Positions 35,302-45,245 of a stretch of 64,000 nt of DNA are shown here, in pieces. The number at the start of each line of letters is the position of its first letter. Position 1 is the stretch's first letter. Origin of the DNA: an uncultured virus (IMG/VR IMGVR_UViG_3300029288_000156) (taxonomy: Duplodnaviria; Heunggongvirae; Uroviricota; Caudoviricetes); IMG/VR virus record IMGVR_UViG_3300029288_000156; one strand, 5' to 3'. Under the pieces are notes generated by a model that worked only from the letters and a program-made list of their open reading frames with translations, made no database searches and was not told where the DNA came from. A program made the translations under genes and the position numbers.

Positions 35302-37719
35302 ATGCCGCTGACCAAAATCCCTTTGCACACTTCATTGGTTGATAAACAATGGATACAGGTCAGTGGGCCTGATGATATCATAAGTGGGTTTGCTTATGAT
35401 GCAGAAACGCGATCTTTATGGGGTCGTGATAGCCAGATTAGCCAAATTGGCATCCACGGAACAAGTCATATTTCGTCTGATCCTATTCCCACCGCAACTT
35501 GTGATACGATGGGTTTGATGGCGGCAGATGATAAGTGTAAGCTTGATGCACTTACCCAGATGAGGTTAGGCATTGTCGGATTCCAGGGTGGTGGGTTCCC
35601 GGACGATGGTGGATGGCTTCAGGGCGATGTTATTCTTGCAGCAGGTAGTGAGTTTGTCTCTATCGAACGATTCGGCAATGTTATTAGGTGGACCGTCGAT
35701 TCACCAATTCCACTAAGTTGCAATGTTGAGACATGTGCATCAATCTTTTGGGTTCAAGACGAGACTGAGGTATCATCAATTCGTCCACCATCATGTGCAG
35801 GTAAACTACCTGGGACTAGTTCCTATGGTGAGATGAAAGTTTATTTGCTGCCTGAATCGATGATCATCGACCCGGCAGATCCAGCCACGTCACTAAACAA
35901 GAAGACCAATTATCCATCATTGATCTTCAAGAGATATGATGATTCGGTTGCTCCTGGTGTTGCTGAATTCGATATGGTGTTAAAGCGTACTGCTTCGAAC
36001 AACACCCAAACGAATGTCGGGTGGGCTTTCACTCCTGGGGCTGGTGCTACGCCTGAATGTGTATGGTTTATGGGTAGCGATAGTAACGGCGACCAAGTTC
36101 GTTTCGATTTGAATATGGAGTCGGCACCGGGCATTCTTGGTGGTTTACTCTATAATGGCGATCTGCTGACGAAGCGGTCAGCCGTTATCACCGATTATAC
36201 AACACAAATTCTTGCCACTAACCAGTATGTCTGTAAGTGGTGGGACGTTCATGGCGCTACTGTAGCCGATAACACATCATTTATTGCGACTAATGTGTGG
36301 CAATATACATATCCAGAAGGTGGAGTCAACAGTAAACAATTAGTTCTTGATAAAACAGTGGGTATTCTACCTATCGGCACAATCGTCGATATGTGGTTCT
36401 TCCAGGTAGGAGCGGTCAACGATGTACCAATTCGGCAATATGTCTTCAATTGCAAACCGTCCTTAGATGCTCAGAATGTTTGGTCTGAGGTTGGCGGGGT
36501 CGAATTCGGCACGCAACTTACAGCGAGAACTGAGCCAGCAACACCGACAGCCACATTTGATTATGAGTTGGTTGATGATGTCCGCAACCTCGAACACAAG
36601 CTTTGGGGTATGACTGGTATTGATCCACCTTATTTGCTTACTGAGGTTGCTGGCGGGACAGGTGGTTCACAGATTATGATTTTTGATGTTAACGATCAAT
36701 ATATCGCTCACATCGATACGTCGCTACCAGGCTTGCGAGTTGATAGACAATCGGCAACAGAGACATATCGACAGCGCCCTGTTTGTTTGTGGAATAGGCA
36801 TATCGGCTCTTCAAGCCTTGTGAATATCCAACTTGGTAGGCCAAACGAAACCGGTATTTATCCACCATACGACATCCTCCTCAACGCACCAATTGATAGC
36901 AACGAGGAATACTTCCTGAATGTTGTTGAAACCGGCCCATTAGCTAACGACACCGGATATTACGTTCTATTCCGTGGTGCTACGTTCGAAGATTTACCAC
37001 AGGCTGGTTATGTTCGGCTCTTGACTGGGTTGAATGCTGGAATTACATGGCGATTCGACTACAAAGCGATATGTTCGCTGCATGCCGAGGATGTTGTAGC
37101 TTTAATAGGGTCGACACCGTTTGTTGGTCTGATTACGGAAGTCGCACAAGTCCTGCACCAAGAATATAATAGCCCATGTGTCAGACTAAACTTTACACTG
37201 ACGGCCGCGAATAAAGTAGAATTATATTTCAAAGTTGGCACGCTTGATATGGGTGTTGACTACGAAGGTGATACTATTAGTGTTGCCGATGACTTTGTGA
37301 GAGGTCTTGCACCTGGATATGCTGTGAGCGGTACCTACATTCAAGATGCACCTTACAACGGTAGCGGAACGGTACCAGGAGTCAATGTTCCTGGGTTTAT
37401 TGTTTATGACGGTGGTTATGGTCTATCTCCCGACACCACAGGCAATGTGGAATATTGGAACGAACTGGAAATCATGCAACGCGGCAGTCAAGTGTGGATA
37501 TGGTGGAATGGGTTACTTATTCCACCAAGTACCGACGCCAGTGGCATACTCCCGACGCCGGTAGCGGTTTCAACGCCGTATTTCCCGATTACACGTGAGA
37601 CACCGATGGGTAAATTTGGAATGAGGATGTTCCCAGGATGCAAGATACGCCGCATCATTGTGCGTGGATATGATCGAGCTTTCTCTGAGTACGTACACGG
37701 GCAACTAGAGCTTGCCTAA
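35302..37719 (+). CDS. large virion structural protein (third GLM...DK.KLD paralogue)
   Basis: ATCDTMGLMAADDKCKLD; beta-rich; lectin-like C-terminus. Confidence 0.7.
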   Translation: MPLTKIPLHTSLVDKQWIQVSGPDDIISGFAYDAETRSLWGRDSQISQIGIHGTSHISSDPIPTATCDTMGLMAADDKCKLDALTQMRLGIVGFQGGGFPDDGGWLQGDVILAAGSEFVSIERFGNVIRWTVDSPIPLSCNVETCASIFWVQDETEVSSIRPPSCAGKLPGTSSYGEMKVYLLPESMIIDPADPATSLNKKTNYPSLIFKRYDDSVAPGVAEFDMVLKRTASNNTQTNVGWAFTPGAGATPECVWFMGSDSNGDQVRFDLNMESAPGILGGLLYNGDLLTKRSAVITDYTTQILATNQYVCKWWDVHGATVADNTSFIATNVWQYTYPEGGVNSKQLVLDKTVGILPIGTIVDMWFFQVGAVNDVPIRQYVFNCKPSLDAQNVWSEVGGVEFGTQLTARTEPATPTATFDYELVDDVRNLEHKLWGMTGIDPPYLLTEVAGGTGGSQIMIFDVNDQYIAHIDTSLPGLRVDRQSATETYRQRPVCLWNRHIGSSSLVNIQLGRPNETGIYPPYDILLNAPIDSNEEYFLNVVETGPLANDTGYYVLFRGATFEDLPQAGYVRLLTGLNAGITWRFDYKAICSLHAEDVVALIGSTPFVGLITEVAQVLHQEYNSPCVRLNFTLTAANKVELYFKVGTLDMGVDYEGDTISVADDFVRGLAPGYAVSGTYIQDAPYNGSGTVPGVNVPGFIVYDGGYGLSPDTTGNVEYWNELEIMQRGSQVWIWWNGLLIPPSTDASGILPTPVAVSTPYFPITRETPMGKFGMRMFPGCKIRRIIVRGYDRAFSEYVHGQLELA

Positions 37720-37766
37720 ACTAGTTCAGCCAGAACTAGCGGTGAGTAAATAAATAAAAACTCACC

Positions 37767-39134
37767 ATGTCAAAATATTGTAAATTCGGTCATATCAAGG
37801 GATCTGATCTAGACTGCCCAGCATGTAAGATATCTAGATATGTGAAAGAAAGACATAAAAATCCATCACTCGCTATGGTGGCTGCTAAAAATAAAAATTT
37901 TGTTAATCTACAATCAGAAGAAGCAAAAGCTAAACGTGAAGCATATTTTAAGTCTGATCTGCATAAATCAAGAGCACGAGAAAATGCATTATTGCTCGTA
38001 GCAAAGAGAAAGACTGGCGAGATCTCGCCGCAAATTAAGACACACGACACTAAACCAGAACTAGCTGTTGCTTCAACATTAGATGCTGCTGGTATAAGAT
38101 TTGTTAAACAGCAAGTATTCGGTCCATACACTTTTGATTTTTATTTGCCAGACTATAAGATATTACTAGAAGTACAAGGTGAATATTGGCATTCATTACC
38201 AAAGAATATAGCTAATGATTTGGCCAAAGCGGCATTTATAGAAAATAATTATCAGGACCTACATCTAAAGTATGTTTCTGAGAGAGAAACAATCACTAAA
38301 GGCCGACTAATAACAATATTAGGTGGTTTTATTGGAATCACCCAAGTTAATAAAGAAGACGTTGATTTGGCTATTTGCGAGGTTAAAATCATTCGAAGTG
38401 ATATCGCTAAAGATTTTCTAGCTAAGTATCATTACTTACCGAGATTTCGTAAGAATACCAAAGCCTGTTTTGGTGTATATTATACAGGAAAATTGATAAG
38501 CGTTGTTATCTTTGCGCAGCCGAGCTACAACACAGCAATTAACAGACATGGACTGGCAGCTTCCGCTGTAGTTGAACTATCAAGGTTCGTTATAAGTGAT
38601 AGCTATCATACAAAAAACTTAGCTAGCTGGGCTTTGAGTAGGTGCATACGATTGTTGAGGACCAGATATAGAGAAATTGCATTAATTATTTCGTTTGCAG
38701 ACCCACACTTTGGACATATTGGTACAATTTATAAGGCTAGTAATTGGATTTTTGACGGTAATACAAAGCCAAGTTATTATTATAAAGATTCGTATGGTGG
38801 TATAATTCATAAAAAGGTTATATGGGACCATGCACAAAAATTCGGCATATCTGAAAATAATTATGCTAATATGAATAATTTGATAAAAATCATAACGGAA
38901 CCAAAGAAACGTTTTGTATATTGGCTTACAAAGCCGAGTACAATTGCCAAAGGCACAATGCAGGTTAAAGCGACTTGTGTCGTTTGCAACGAAGAATTCC
39001 TTGTGTCAAAGAAGGCGCTAGATAGGGCGATGCTTAAGAACAATAGCTATATTTGTCATCCTTGTAGTGTGTCGCGCTGTTGGGATGGTGGTGTTTATGA
39101 GAACAGACCAAAGTCAACAAAAATCGATAGATAG
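37767..39134 (+). CDS. Vsr/DUF559-like PD-(D/E)xK endonuclease fused to Mom-like GNAT domain
   Basis: TKPEL...FDFYLP...LEVQGEYWH; FLAKYHYL...ELSRF...ASWALSR...ISFADP..GH.GTIYKASNW. Confidence 0.8.
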   Translation: MSKYCKFGHIKGSDLDCPACKISRYVKERHKNPSLAMVAAKNKNFVNLQSEEAKAKREAYFKSDLHKSRARENALLLVAKRKTGEISPQIKTHDTKPELAVASTLDAAGIRFVKQQVFGPYTFDFYLPDYKILLEVQGEYWHSLPKNIANDLAKAAFIENNYQDLHLKYVSERETITKGRLITILGGFIGITQVNKEDVDLAICEVKIIRSDIAKDFLAKYHYLPRFRKNTKACFGVYYTGKLISVVIFAQPSYNTAINRHGLAASAVVELSRFVISDSYHTKNLASWALSRCIRLLRTRYREIALIISFADPHFGHIGTIYKASNWIFDGNTKPSYYYKDSYGGIIHKKVIWDHAQKFGISENNYANMNNLIKIITEPKKRFVYWLTKPSTIAKGTMQVKATCVVCNEEFLVSKKALDRAMLKNNSYICHPCSVSRCWDGGVYENRPKSTKIDR

Positions 39135-39143
39135 GAATATTTA

Positions 39144-39416
39144 GATGTGGTTTGTAAGTGTGGTGCTAAGAGACGAATCAAAAGAAAATCTTTAAAATCA
39201 CCATATCGATGCCATAAATGTGCGATGAAAGCTAAATGGAATGATACAGAATATGCTGCCAAGCAAAAAATATGCCACCGCAGTGTAAATGCAGATGAAT
39301 TTGTGGATGTGGTTTGTAAGTGTGGTGCTAAGAGACGAATCAAAAGAAAATCTTTAAAATCACCATATCGATGCCATAAATGTGCGATGAAAGCTAAATG
39401 GAATGATACAGAATAT
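39144..39416 (+). repeat. 111-bp perfect direct repeat, period 162 bp (39144-39254 / 39306-39416)
   Basis: both copies encode DVVCKCGAKRRIKRKSLKSPYRCHKCAMKAKWNDTEY. Confidence 0.95.
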
Positions 39417-39455
39417 ATCTCAAAACAAAGGGAATGCCACAAGAAAGCTAATTAA
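39147..39455 (+). CDS. tandem Zn-ribbon protein; in frame with 37767-39134 past a single TAG
   Basis: two CxC...CxxC-AMKAKW modules. Confidence 0.55.
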   Translation: MVCKCGAKRRIKRKSLKSPYRCHKCAMKAKWNDTEYAAKQKICHRSVNADEFVDVVCKCGAKRRIKRKSLKSPYRCHKCAMKAKWNDTEYISKQRECHKKAN

Positions 39456-39560
39456 CGTTATGGCCTTCAAAAGCTTTCTTTGAGTTTTCTTTTTGAGACC
39501 GCTCAGAAGGCGCAGAGATGGCGAGCGTGTAAAAGAAATGAAGAGAAGAATTTGGACGGG

Positions 39561-39857
39561 CTATTTCTTGCCCTTACACCGCTGCTGATTAGCCGTCAAA
39601 ATCGCTTCCGTTTCCACCATATCTCTCTCGATCTTGTCGAAGCGTATTTTGGCCTCTTTGAATACCTGGTGCAGATTTTTATTGCCAATTGGTATTATCT
39701 TCGGTATCGCCGTGCCGCCAACTGTGCAATTCACAGCAGCCCTGGCTAATCGATCAGCTTCCTCTTGACTTTCTGCAACACCGCCGAAAAAAACGCCCTC
39801 GATATATATTCCTATTTCTTTATCATCAATTGCTTTACCATAAATCACTACTAGCAT
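39561..39857 (-). CDS. hypothetical protein
   Basis: GAGGA RBS. Confidence 0.65.
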   Translation of the reverse strand: MLVVIYGKAIDDKEIGIYIEGVFFGGVAESQEEADRLARAAVNCTVGGTAIPKIIPIGNKNLHQVFKEAKIRFDKIERDMVETEAILTANQQRCKGKK

Positions 39858-39920
39858 TTACATTCCTCGTCAAAGTTGATCCTGTAATCACCTATAATCA
39901 TCTGCTGGATGTGCAGGATT

Positions 39921-40412
39921 TTATCGTCCGGAGCTCCCGAAACCAGCTTCTCCTCTTTGGTTGTATTTGTCGCTAAATTCCTCCACTTCGACAAAGGCAG
40001 CATTATATGCCTTATGGATTATAACTTGGGCGATTCTATCATGTTTATTGACATGATAGATAGTATCGCCGATATTCATGAGGCGAACCATCATTTCGCC
40101 GGTGTATGTTGAATCTATGATTGCATGAAAAGGTGCTACACAATTCAGATACATACTCGAACGGCCTTCCACAACCAGATAATGACCCTCTGGGCATACT
40201 ACAATTATGCCGGTCCTAACATTTGCTGTAGCATGTGGTTGGATATCTATTTCATCGATTGAATGCAAATCATATCCTGCATCGGTAGTGCGTTTGCGAA
40301 ATGGTACTTTCGCATCAGGATGAATTAGTTTGTATTCGAGGCGTACGTAATCGATGGGCCATTGACATAATATTGCCTTATCGGCGAGAGGAAATACCAG
40401 TGTTGGATTCAT
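39921..40412 (-). CDS. dut: trimeric dUTPase
   Basis: AGYDL, GRSS, IIDSTYTGE, RIAQ, RGEAGFGSSG. Confidence 0.96.
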   Translation of the reverse strand: MNPTLVFPLADKAILCQWPIDYVRLEYKLIHPDAKVPFRKRTTDAGYDLHSIDEIDIQPHATANVRTGIIVVCPEGHYLVVEGRSSMYLNCVAPFHAIIDSTYTGEMMVRLMNIGDTIYHVNKHDRIAQVIIHKAYNAAFVEVEEFSDKYNQRGEAGFGSSGR

Positions 40413-40428
40413 TTGTATTTCAGCTTGT

Positions 40429-40794
40429 ATGAATGATACTGATGATTTTGATGTCTCTCAACTGCGATGGTGGCGATGTGTTGCCACTGATACTGATAAT
40501 AAAATACAGACTTTCACTGCGGAGATCGACCCAGATCGCATCTACGCAGAATTTAATAAAATACGACGAGATTTGCAACAGAAGGGCTGGTGTTTCATCG
40601 AAGCCAAGCCAATTCCTGAAGAAGAACTTCTAGCAGCAGCAAAATTGTCGCGATTTAAGACACGCAAACGTGAGCAGTTACGTGGTCTTACTGGGCGGTG
40701 TTACTCTCCGCTTTCTCATTGGCCAGCCGCACTATTTGCTGTGCTATTTGTTGTGCTAATTCTATGGCTGGCGTATCACCATTTAAGTACTTGA
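40429..40794 (+). CDS. hypothetical protein with C-terminal TM
   Basis: ALFAVLFVVLILWLAY; overlaps the tmk 3' end convergently. Confidence 0.5.
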   Translation: MNDTDDFDVSQLRWWRCVATDTDNKIQTFTAEIDPDRIYAEFNKIRRDLQQKGWCFIEAKPIPEEELLAAAKLSRFKTRKREQLRGLTGRCYSPLSHWPAALFAVLFVVLILWLAYHHLST

Positions 40795-41401
40795 TGTGTT
40801 CGAGCGGCACATATCTCGATAACATCATTAGTGCTTCTGGGCTCAATGAGAGCAGATTATCATAAAGATCACCTACTCGTTTTAGAAGTTCGACGTTGTG
40901 GTCGTATCTATCTGATTTTGAACGATCGGTCGATTTATTCATACGCTCGACGATCGTTTCCCATCGATTCGATATGATAAAGACTCTATCTGGTGCAGGT
41001 GATTGCACAAGACCTAGTAGTTTATTGATAGCAGTTAGTTTTAAGCCTTCGGACACACCATAGACGATGCAACTGATATAATTCGATCTGTCAGCTAGCA
41101 TGACACCACCTTGCTCAAGGTGCGGTATCAGCTTGGTGTTGACGAAACAGCTGTGATCCACCATCATCATCATTTGGACCGACATATTATCGATCTCAAT
41201 AGGTGGCTCACCCGGTTCACTAAATAATTCAGGTTGTTTGACAAGCTTACGTAGATGCTTGCCGAGTGGAGTAGAACCAGGATGACGAGTAAGAATGCAG
41301 TTTAGCTCTGTATTTCGTAATTCCTCCATCACCAGATGAGCAAGAGTAGATTTCCCGGACCAATCGCCGCCTTCGAATACGACATATAATCCTTGATGCA
41401 T
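40688..41401 (-). CDS. tmk: thymidylate kinase
   Basis: VVFEGGDWSGKST P-loop, RHPG, ADR..S..VYG, PD. Confidence 0.93.
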   Translation of the reverse strand: MHQGLYVVFEGGDWSGKSTLAHLVMEELRNTELNCILTRHPGSTPLGKHLRKLVKQPELFSEPGEPPIEIDNMSVQMMMMVDHSCFVNTKLIPHLEQGGVMLADRSNYISCIVYGVSEGLKLTAINKLLGLVQSPAPDRVFIISNRWETIVERMNKSTDRSKSDRYDHNVELLKRVGDLYDNLLSLSPEALMMLSRYVPLEHIKYLNGDTPAIELAQQIAQQIVRLANEKAESNTAQ

Positions 41402-41434
41402 TTTCTCTTCTATTCTATTATTATTTTGCGTGAT

Positions 41435-42958
41435 CTATCGTTTAAATACAAACCGGAGTTTTTCAGATCCATGTACTTTTATAAATCCAAACTGCTCAGC
41501 ATATTCTGCCTCTTTCATAGATAGATTCACAGCTCTATTATATAATGTCTTCTTATGCATAACCCAACCATCAGGTGACCGATACCAATAGTCAGGACGT
41601 ACAACTTTGTCGGCGGTGAAATTCAGAGCTTTATAAATTGCACCATTGTGATTGAAAGTAGTATCACAATAAGCGACTATAGTGTGATAATGAGATGGCA
41701 ATTGTTTAATACAACGGCTGACAAACCAAGATGCGAAATTTCGTTTTTGGTAATTTGGGTGTACACATAATCTGGATAAGTCGCGTGCAGTCTGATCAGA
41801 AATATCAATATTTTGTCTACCAAGCGGTGAAAAGATGCAAACAGCAATTAATTTGTTTTTGAGATATGCACCATATGCTATGCCGCCGCGTCCGCCAGTC
41901 TGTAAATAATGATATTTCTGTAATAATGGCTTATAGCTGCTCGCCTGGCAATGCTTGATTTCTATTTGATTAAATTTAAAGTCTACTAGCTCTGGCTTAT
42001 TCAAACCAAGCCAATATTGCAAATTGCCAATGACGCGCTCTTTACAGGCAAATTCGTGTTCCCAGATAGTTTTCAGCTCATGTGTATCTGAATGATATTT
42101 TGCAATATAGGTCGATTTTGCTTTATCTGCTGCTCGCTTCGTTGGTAGTCGATGGATGAAATCGCCATTGCATTCTATTAATAAGGTGCGATTGCCTTGC
42201 CTCGGAATAACGCAGTCAAACGACCACGGTCCAACTACACATTGCCCATCGTCTGGCTTATTATTGTACTCACGATAATATTCGACGCCTAGATCGTCAA
42301 GCATTGAATATAACGTTTCTTGGATTCTTGATACTTTTGGAAGGCTGGCGAGCGCATTTTGAAGTTTTTTGATATATTCCGGATCTGATTGAATCGCACG
42401 CATTTTCGCTTTGAATTCAGGCGTAGATTTAGAAGATAAGACTTTGCGGCGAAATGATTCGTCTTGCCAGCGTGCTCTAAGCCCGGCTAATTGCTTTTCT
42501 CTATATTCTTTATTTTGCCATACTCTCTTAGATGATGAAGACATAAGCTGCCGATACTCATCAGATCGATAATATTCCAGGAGCTTATCAGATATCGGAG
42601 TTTTATTGGCTGTTCTTTTAGAACTTTCAATAATCTTGGTACGATACTCTGTCTGCTGCCACAATCTTTTAGAGTGCTCAGATTGGAATTGTTTCAGCTC
42701 GGTCGCCGATAATTTTTTACGCTTAGGCTTGCAAAAATTCTTGCGTTGCTTTTCTTGCTTTTGTTGGTAGTTTGGATCTTGCCATAATTTTAATGCATTT
42801 TCAATCTTCTTCTTCTTATATTCTTGATCGGTCCATTTTGCTTTGATGGCACAACTACGGCAGCACCAATTACTATAATCACGATTTGCAAGACATTTTA
42901 TAATCTTGCTAGCACCACAAGAGCAAGTTAACAGTGTTGGTATGGCTATACTTGGCAT
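41435..42958 (-). CDS. Zn ribbon + W-x-D/N-x-E-Y repeats + Vsr/DUF559-like nuclease + Mom-like GNAT fusion
   Basis: CSCG..CRSCAIKAKW; FDCVIP...IECNGDFIH...IWEHE; KYHYL...DLSRLC...FASWFVSR...VAYCD...HNGAIYKALNF. Confidence 0.8.
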   Translation of the reverse strand: MPSIAIPTLLTCSCGASKIIKCLANRDYSNWCCRSCAIKAKWTDQEYKKKKIENALKLWQDPNYQQKQEKQRKNFCKPKRKKLSATELKQFQSEHSKRLWQQTEYRTKIIESSKRTANKTPISDKLLEYYRSDEYRQLMSSSSKRVWQNKEYREKQLAGLRARWQDESFRRKVLSSKSTPEFKAKMRAIQSDPEYIKKLQNALASLPKVSRIQETLYSMLDDLGVEYYREYNNKPDDGQCVVGPWSFDCVIPRQGNRTLLIECNGDFIHRLPTKRAADKAKSTYIAKYHSDTHELKTIWEHEFACKERVIGNLQYWLGLNKPELVDFKFNQIEIKHCQASSYKPLLQKYHYLQTGGRGGIAYGAYLKNKLIAVCIFSPLGRQNIDISDQTARDLSRLCVHPNYQKRNFASWFVSRCIKQLPSHYHTIVAYCDTTFNHNGAIYKALNFTADKVVRPDYWYRSPDGWVMHKKTLYNRAVNLSMKEAEYAEQFGFIKVHGSEKLRFVFKR

Positions 42959-42967
42959 TCATCATAT

Positions 42968-43390
42968 TTACTCTACAGGCTTATTCTTTGGGCGCGGATT
43001 TTTGGCCACGCATATCACTCGCCTATCTCGCCATTCGGTCTCAAGAAATATTGCATCACCCCTAGCGACCTTTAGCTTATCAATTAGGACTTGCGATCTA
43101 GCTGCACACCGATATAAGACTTTCAAATATGCCCCCAACTCCTTGGGTGGCTTCTTACCAGCGAGCTTCTGGATTTGACCAACTAATATCCACAAATCTT
43201 TCTGTAGCTGTTGTGTCTTACAGATAGCGTCACCACTGGTGACATAATACATTTCTGGATCTAGTGTAGGTATATTGGATAGTCCGAATCCAGCTGGATC
43301 AATACGATCGAGATGGTCGTATATCTTTATTTCAAAGACAGTGCATGATTCGTCATAATTACCGCCAATCGGCACTGGCTCTATATACAT
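42968..43390 (-). CDS. hypothetical protein
   Basis: 140-aa ORF. Confidence 0.6.
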   Translation of the reverse strand: MYIEPVPIGGNYDESCTVFEIKIYDHLDRIDPAGFGLSNIPTLDPEMYYVTSGDAICKTQQLQKDLWILVGQIQKLAGKKPPKELGAYLKVLYRCAARSQVLIDKLKVARGDAIFLETEWRDRRVICVAKNPRPKNKPVE

Positions 43391-43462
43391 AATTACTGTT
43401 GTCTCACAATGTAGTTTTAGAATATCTACAGGCTATTTACTATTTAGAGCTGGACAGGAGTG

Positions 43463-44428
43463 TTATCGATTACCCTGTCTATAGGTTTCATTCCGACCGC
43501 CACCGCTTCCACTCGTCGGCCTACGCTTGGTCGGAGGTTCAACATTACCGAACATCGCTTCAATATTAGAGCCTGTAGCATCTGCTAATTTTAATGCCGC
43601 ACTAAGACTAGGGACGCGTCCACCTTTTTTATTAGTGGCGTGTTTATAACGACTGATCGTAGATGGGTGCACACCGACTTCATCAGCAACTTCTTCTTGT
43701 GTTTTACCAGCTCTTTCTAGAGCAGACACGACTTCCGGAACATTCTTATATTTCGATTTAGCTTTCTGTTCTATTTCTTTGTGCCCATATCTTCGCGGTG
43801 GAGTACTATCATCTTCTGTGATGGTACCCTCTATCTTATTCCAGCAGCCAAGTAGTTTGCTGGTGTGGATTTCGAATGCCTTAGGTACTTTACTAAAATC
43901 AGTTTCTTGTACTGTGATATCGGATGTTGGAACAAGCATCGCTTTTTCATTGGTGATGCTATAGAGGACATACTCGCCCTGTGGAATTCCGATACCTTGT
44001 GAGACTAGTCTGTTGACATTCAGAACAACGCCTTCCGTCAGATATTGCGAGAATTGTGCCTTGTCGTCAAAACGACAAGGCGATGATGTGATGCGCATCA
44101 TCTCTTCTAGAGCTAATTGAGTGTTGTCGTCATTGAATTTAGTATTGGATATAATTGGCCCCAAAGCGCGATTCAATTTCTTTTCTAGAGTTGTTGATAA
44201 CATTGCTTTGTCCTCTCGCATATGACCCCAGGATAATTCCTTAGGTAGAGTAGATGTCTTTTTGACGCTATGAATTCCTGGAAGGCCGGGCTCATTTACA
44301 TCACCAAGGCCGGTTGGATCTTTTTGCGGTGCGTGGTATTCGGGTTCCCACGGAGTCGCCTTCTTAGACTTGCGCTTCTTACCGTTTGATTGCCTTACTA
44401 GACTTAGCATACGATAAATCGTCTCCAC
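43463..44428 (-). CDS. protein with C-terminal XRE/Cro HTH
   Basis: KTQEEVADEVGVHPSTISRY...PSLSAALKLADATG. Confidence 0.8.
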   Translation of the reverse strand: METIYRMLSLVRQSNGKKRKSKKATPWEPEYHAPQKDPTGLGDVNEPGLPGIHSVKKTSTLPKELSWGHMREDKAMLSTTLEKKLNRALGPIISNTKFNDDNTQLALEEMMRITSSPCRFDDKAQFSQYLTEGVVLNVNRLVSQGIGIPQGEYVLYSITNEKAMLVPTSDITVQETDFSKVPKAFEIHTSKLLGCWNKIEGTITEDDSTPPRRYGHKEIEQKAKSKYKNVPEVVSALERAGKTQEEVADEVGVHPSTISRYKHATNKKGGRVPSLSAALKLADATGSNIEAMFGNVEPPTKRRPTSGSGGGRNETYRQGNR

Positions 44429-44473
44429 ATATAATTTTGACCATTGGTTGAAATCGGATTAACAAATATACGT

Positions 44474-44824
44474 ATGGAACTATGTCTTGTGATGCCCACA
44501 AATTCATTGGAGACGACGATGAACGGAACCATCGACCTTGTAGTAGTTATTCCTGACGTACTAAAGATCCCAAATATAATTACTCGTGAGTTGCAGGTAT
44601 TGGCGAACGGCGTACCGGTCGCAACAATCGATGCTTCAGATAGGGCTAAAGTCGAAGTTAATAATTTACAGGTAAGCGATGACACGACAATAACTATAGA
44701 AATGCGTGGCATCTACGATACTGGTGCGATGTCGGCACCATTGGTCCATGAATTCATCATCCTTAATGGAATTCCAGAGCCTCGATCAGAATTATTTAAC
44801 ACTTTAGTCTTGAAGAAATCGTAA
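44474..44824 (+). CDS. small beta-rich (Ig/FN3-like) protein
   Basis: alternating hydrophobic strands; TAATG coupling to NUDIX. Confidence 0.5.
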   Translation: MELCLVMPTNSLETTMNGTIDLVVVIPDVLKIPNIITRELQVLANGVPVATIDASDRAKVEVNNLQVSDDTTITIEMRGIYDTGAMSAPLVHEFIILNGIPEPRSELFNTLVLKKS

Positions 44825-45237
44825 TGCAACTAAGTTTACTGACCGAAGGTATAGACGACTTCACTGCCGCTGTTGGTATAGTGCGATGCCATAATAAATG
44901 GCTACTGGGGTTGTCGAAGTCGGAAGATGACCGAAACATGCACTGGTGCTTTCCGGGCGGTGGTATTAAATCAGGCGAGATGCCAGAAAAGGCGGCTGTC
45001 AGAGAGACAAGAGAAGAGACGGGCGTTAAATGTCGTTCTGTTTCTGGACCAATTAAGGATAAGCGGAAAGGTTTCGTTGCTTTTGTGCCGTGCAGCACCA
45101 ATACTACCGACTTCAAGACGCTCAAACCCAATCACGAGTTTGCATCTTTGGGGTTTTTCACCATTAAAGAGATGAAGGGTTTGAAGCTATATGGTAATGT
45201 GCTTGATCTGATAGAAAGAGCTAAACGCCGCTATTAG
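44824..45237 (+). CDS. NUDIX hydrolase
   Basis: WCFPGGGIKSGEMPEKAAVRETREETG. Confidence 0.9.
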   Translation: MQLSLLTEGIDDFTAAVGIVRCHNKWLLGLSKSEDDRNMHWCFPGGGIKSGEMPEKAAVRETREETGVKCRSVSGPIKDKRKGFVAFVPCSTNTTDFKTLKPNHEFASLGFFTIKEMKGLKLYGNVLDLIERAKRRY

Positions 45238-45245
45238 TTCTATTC

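Noticed and set aside
39132..39134. Genome-wide TAG reassignment
   Set aside because: Long genes are intact under the standard code, and TAG ends well-delimited genes (e.g. 1399, 3731, 10222).
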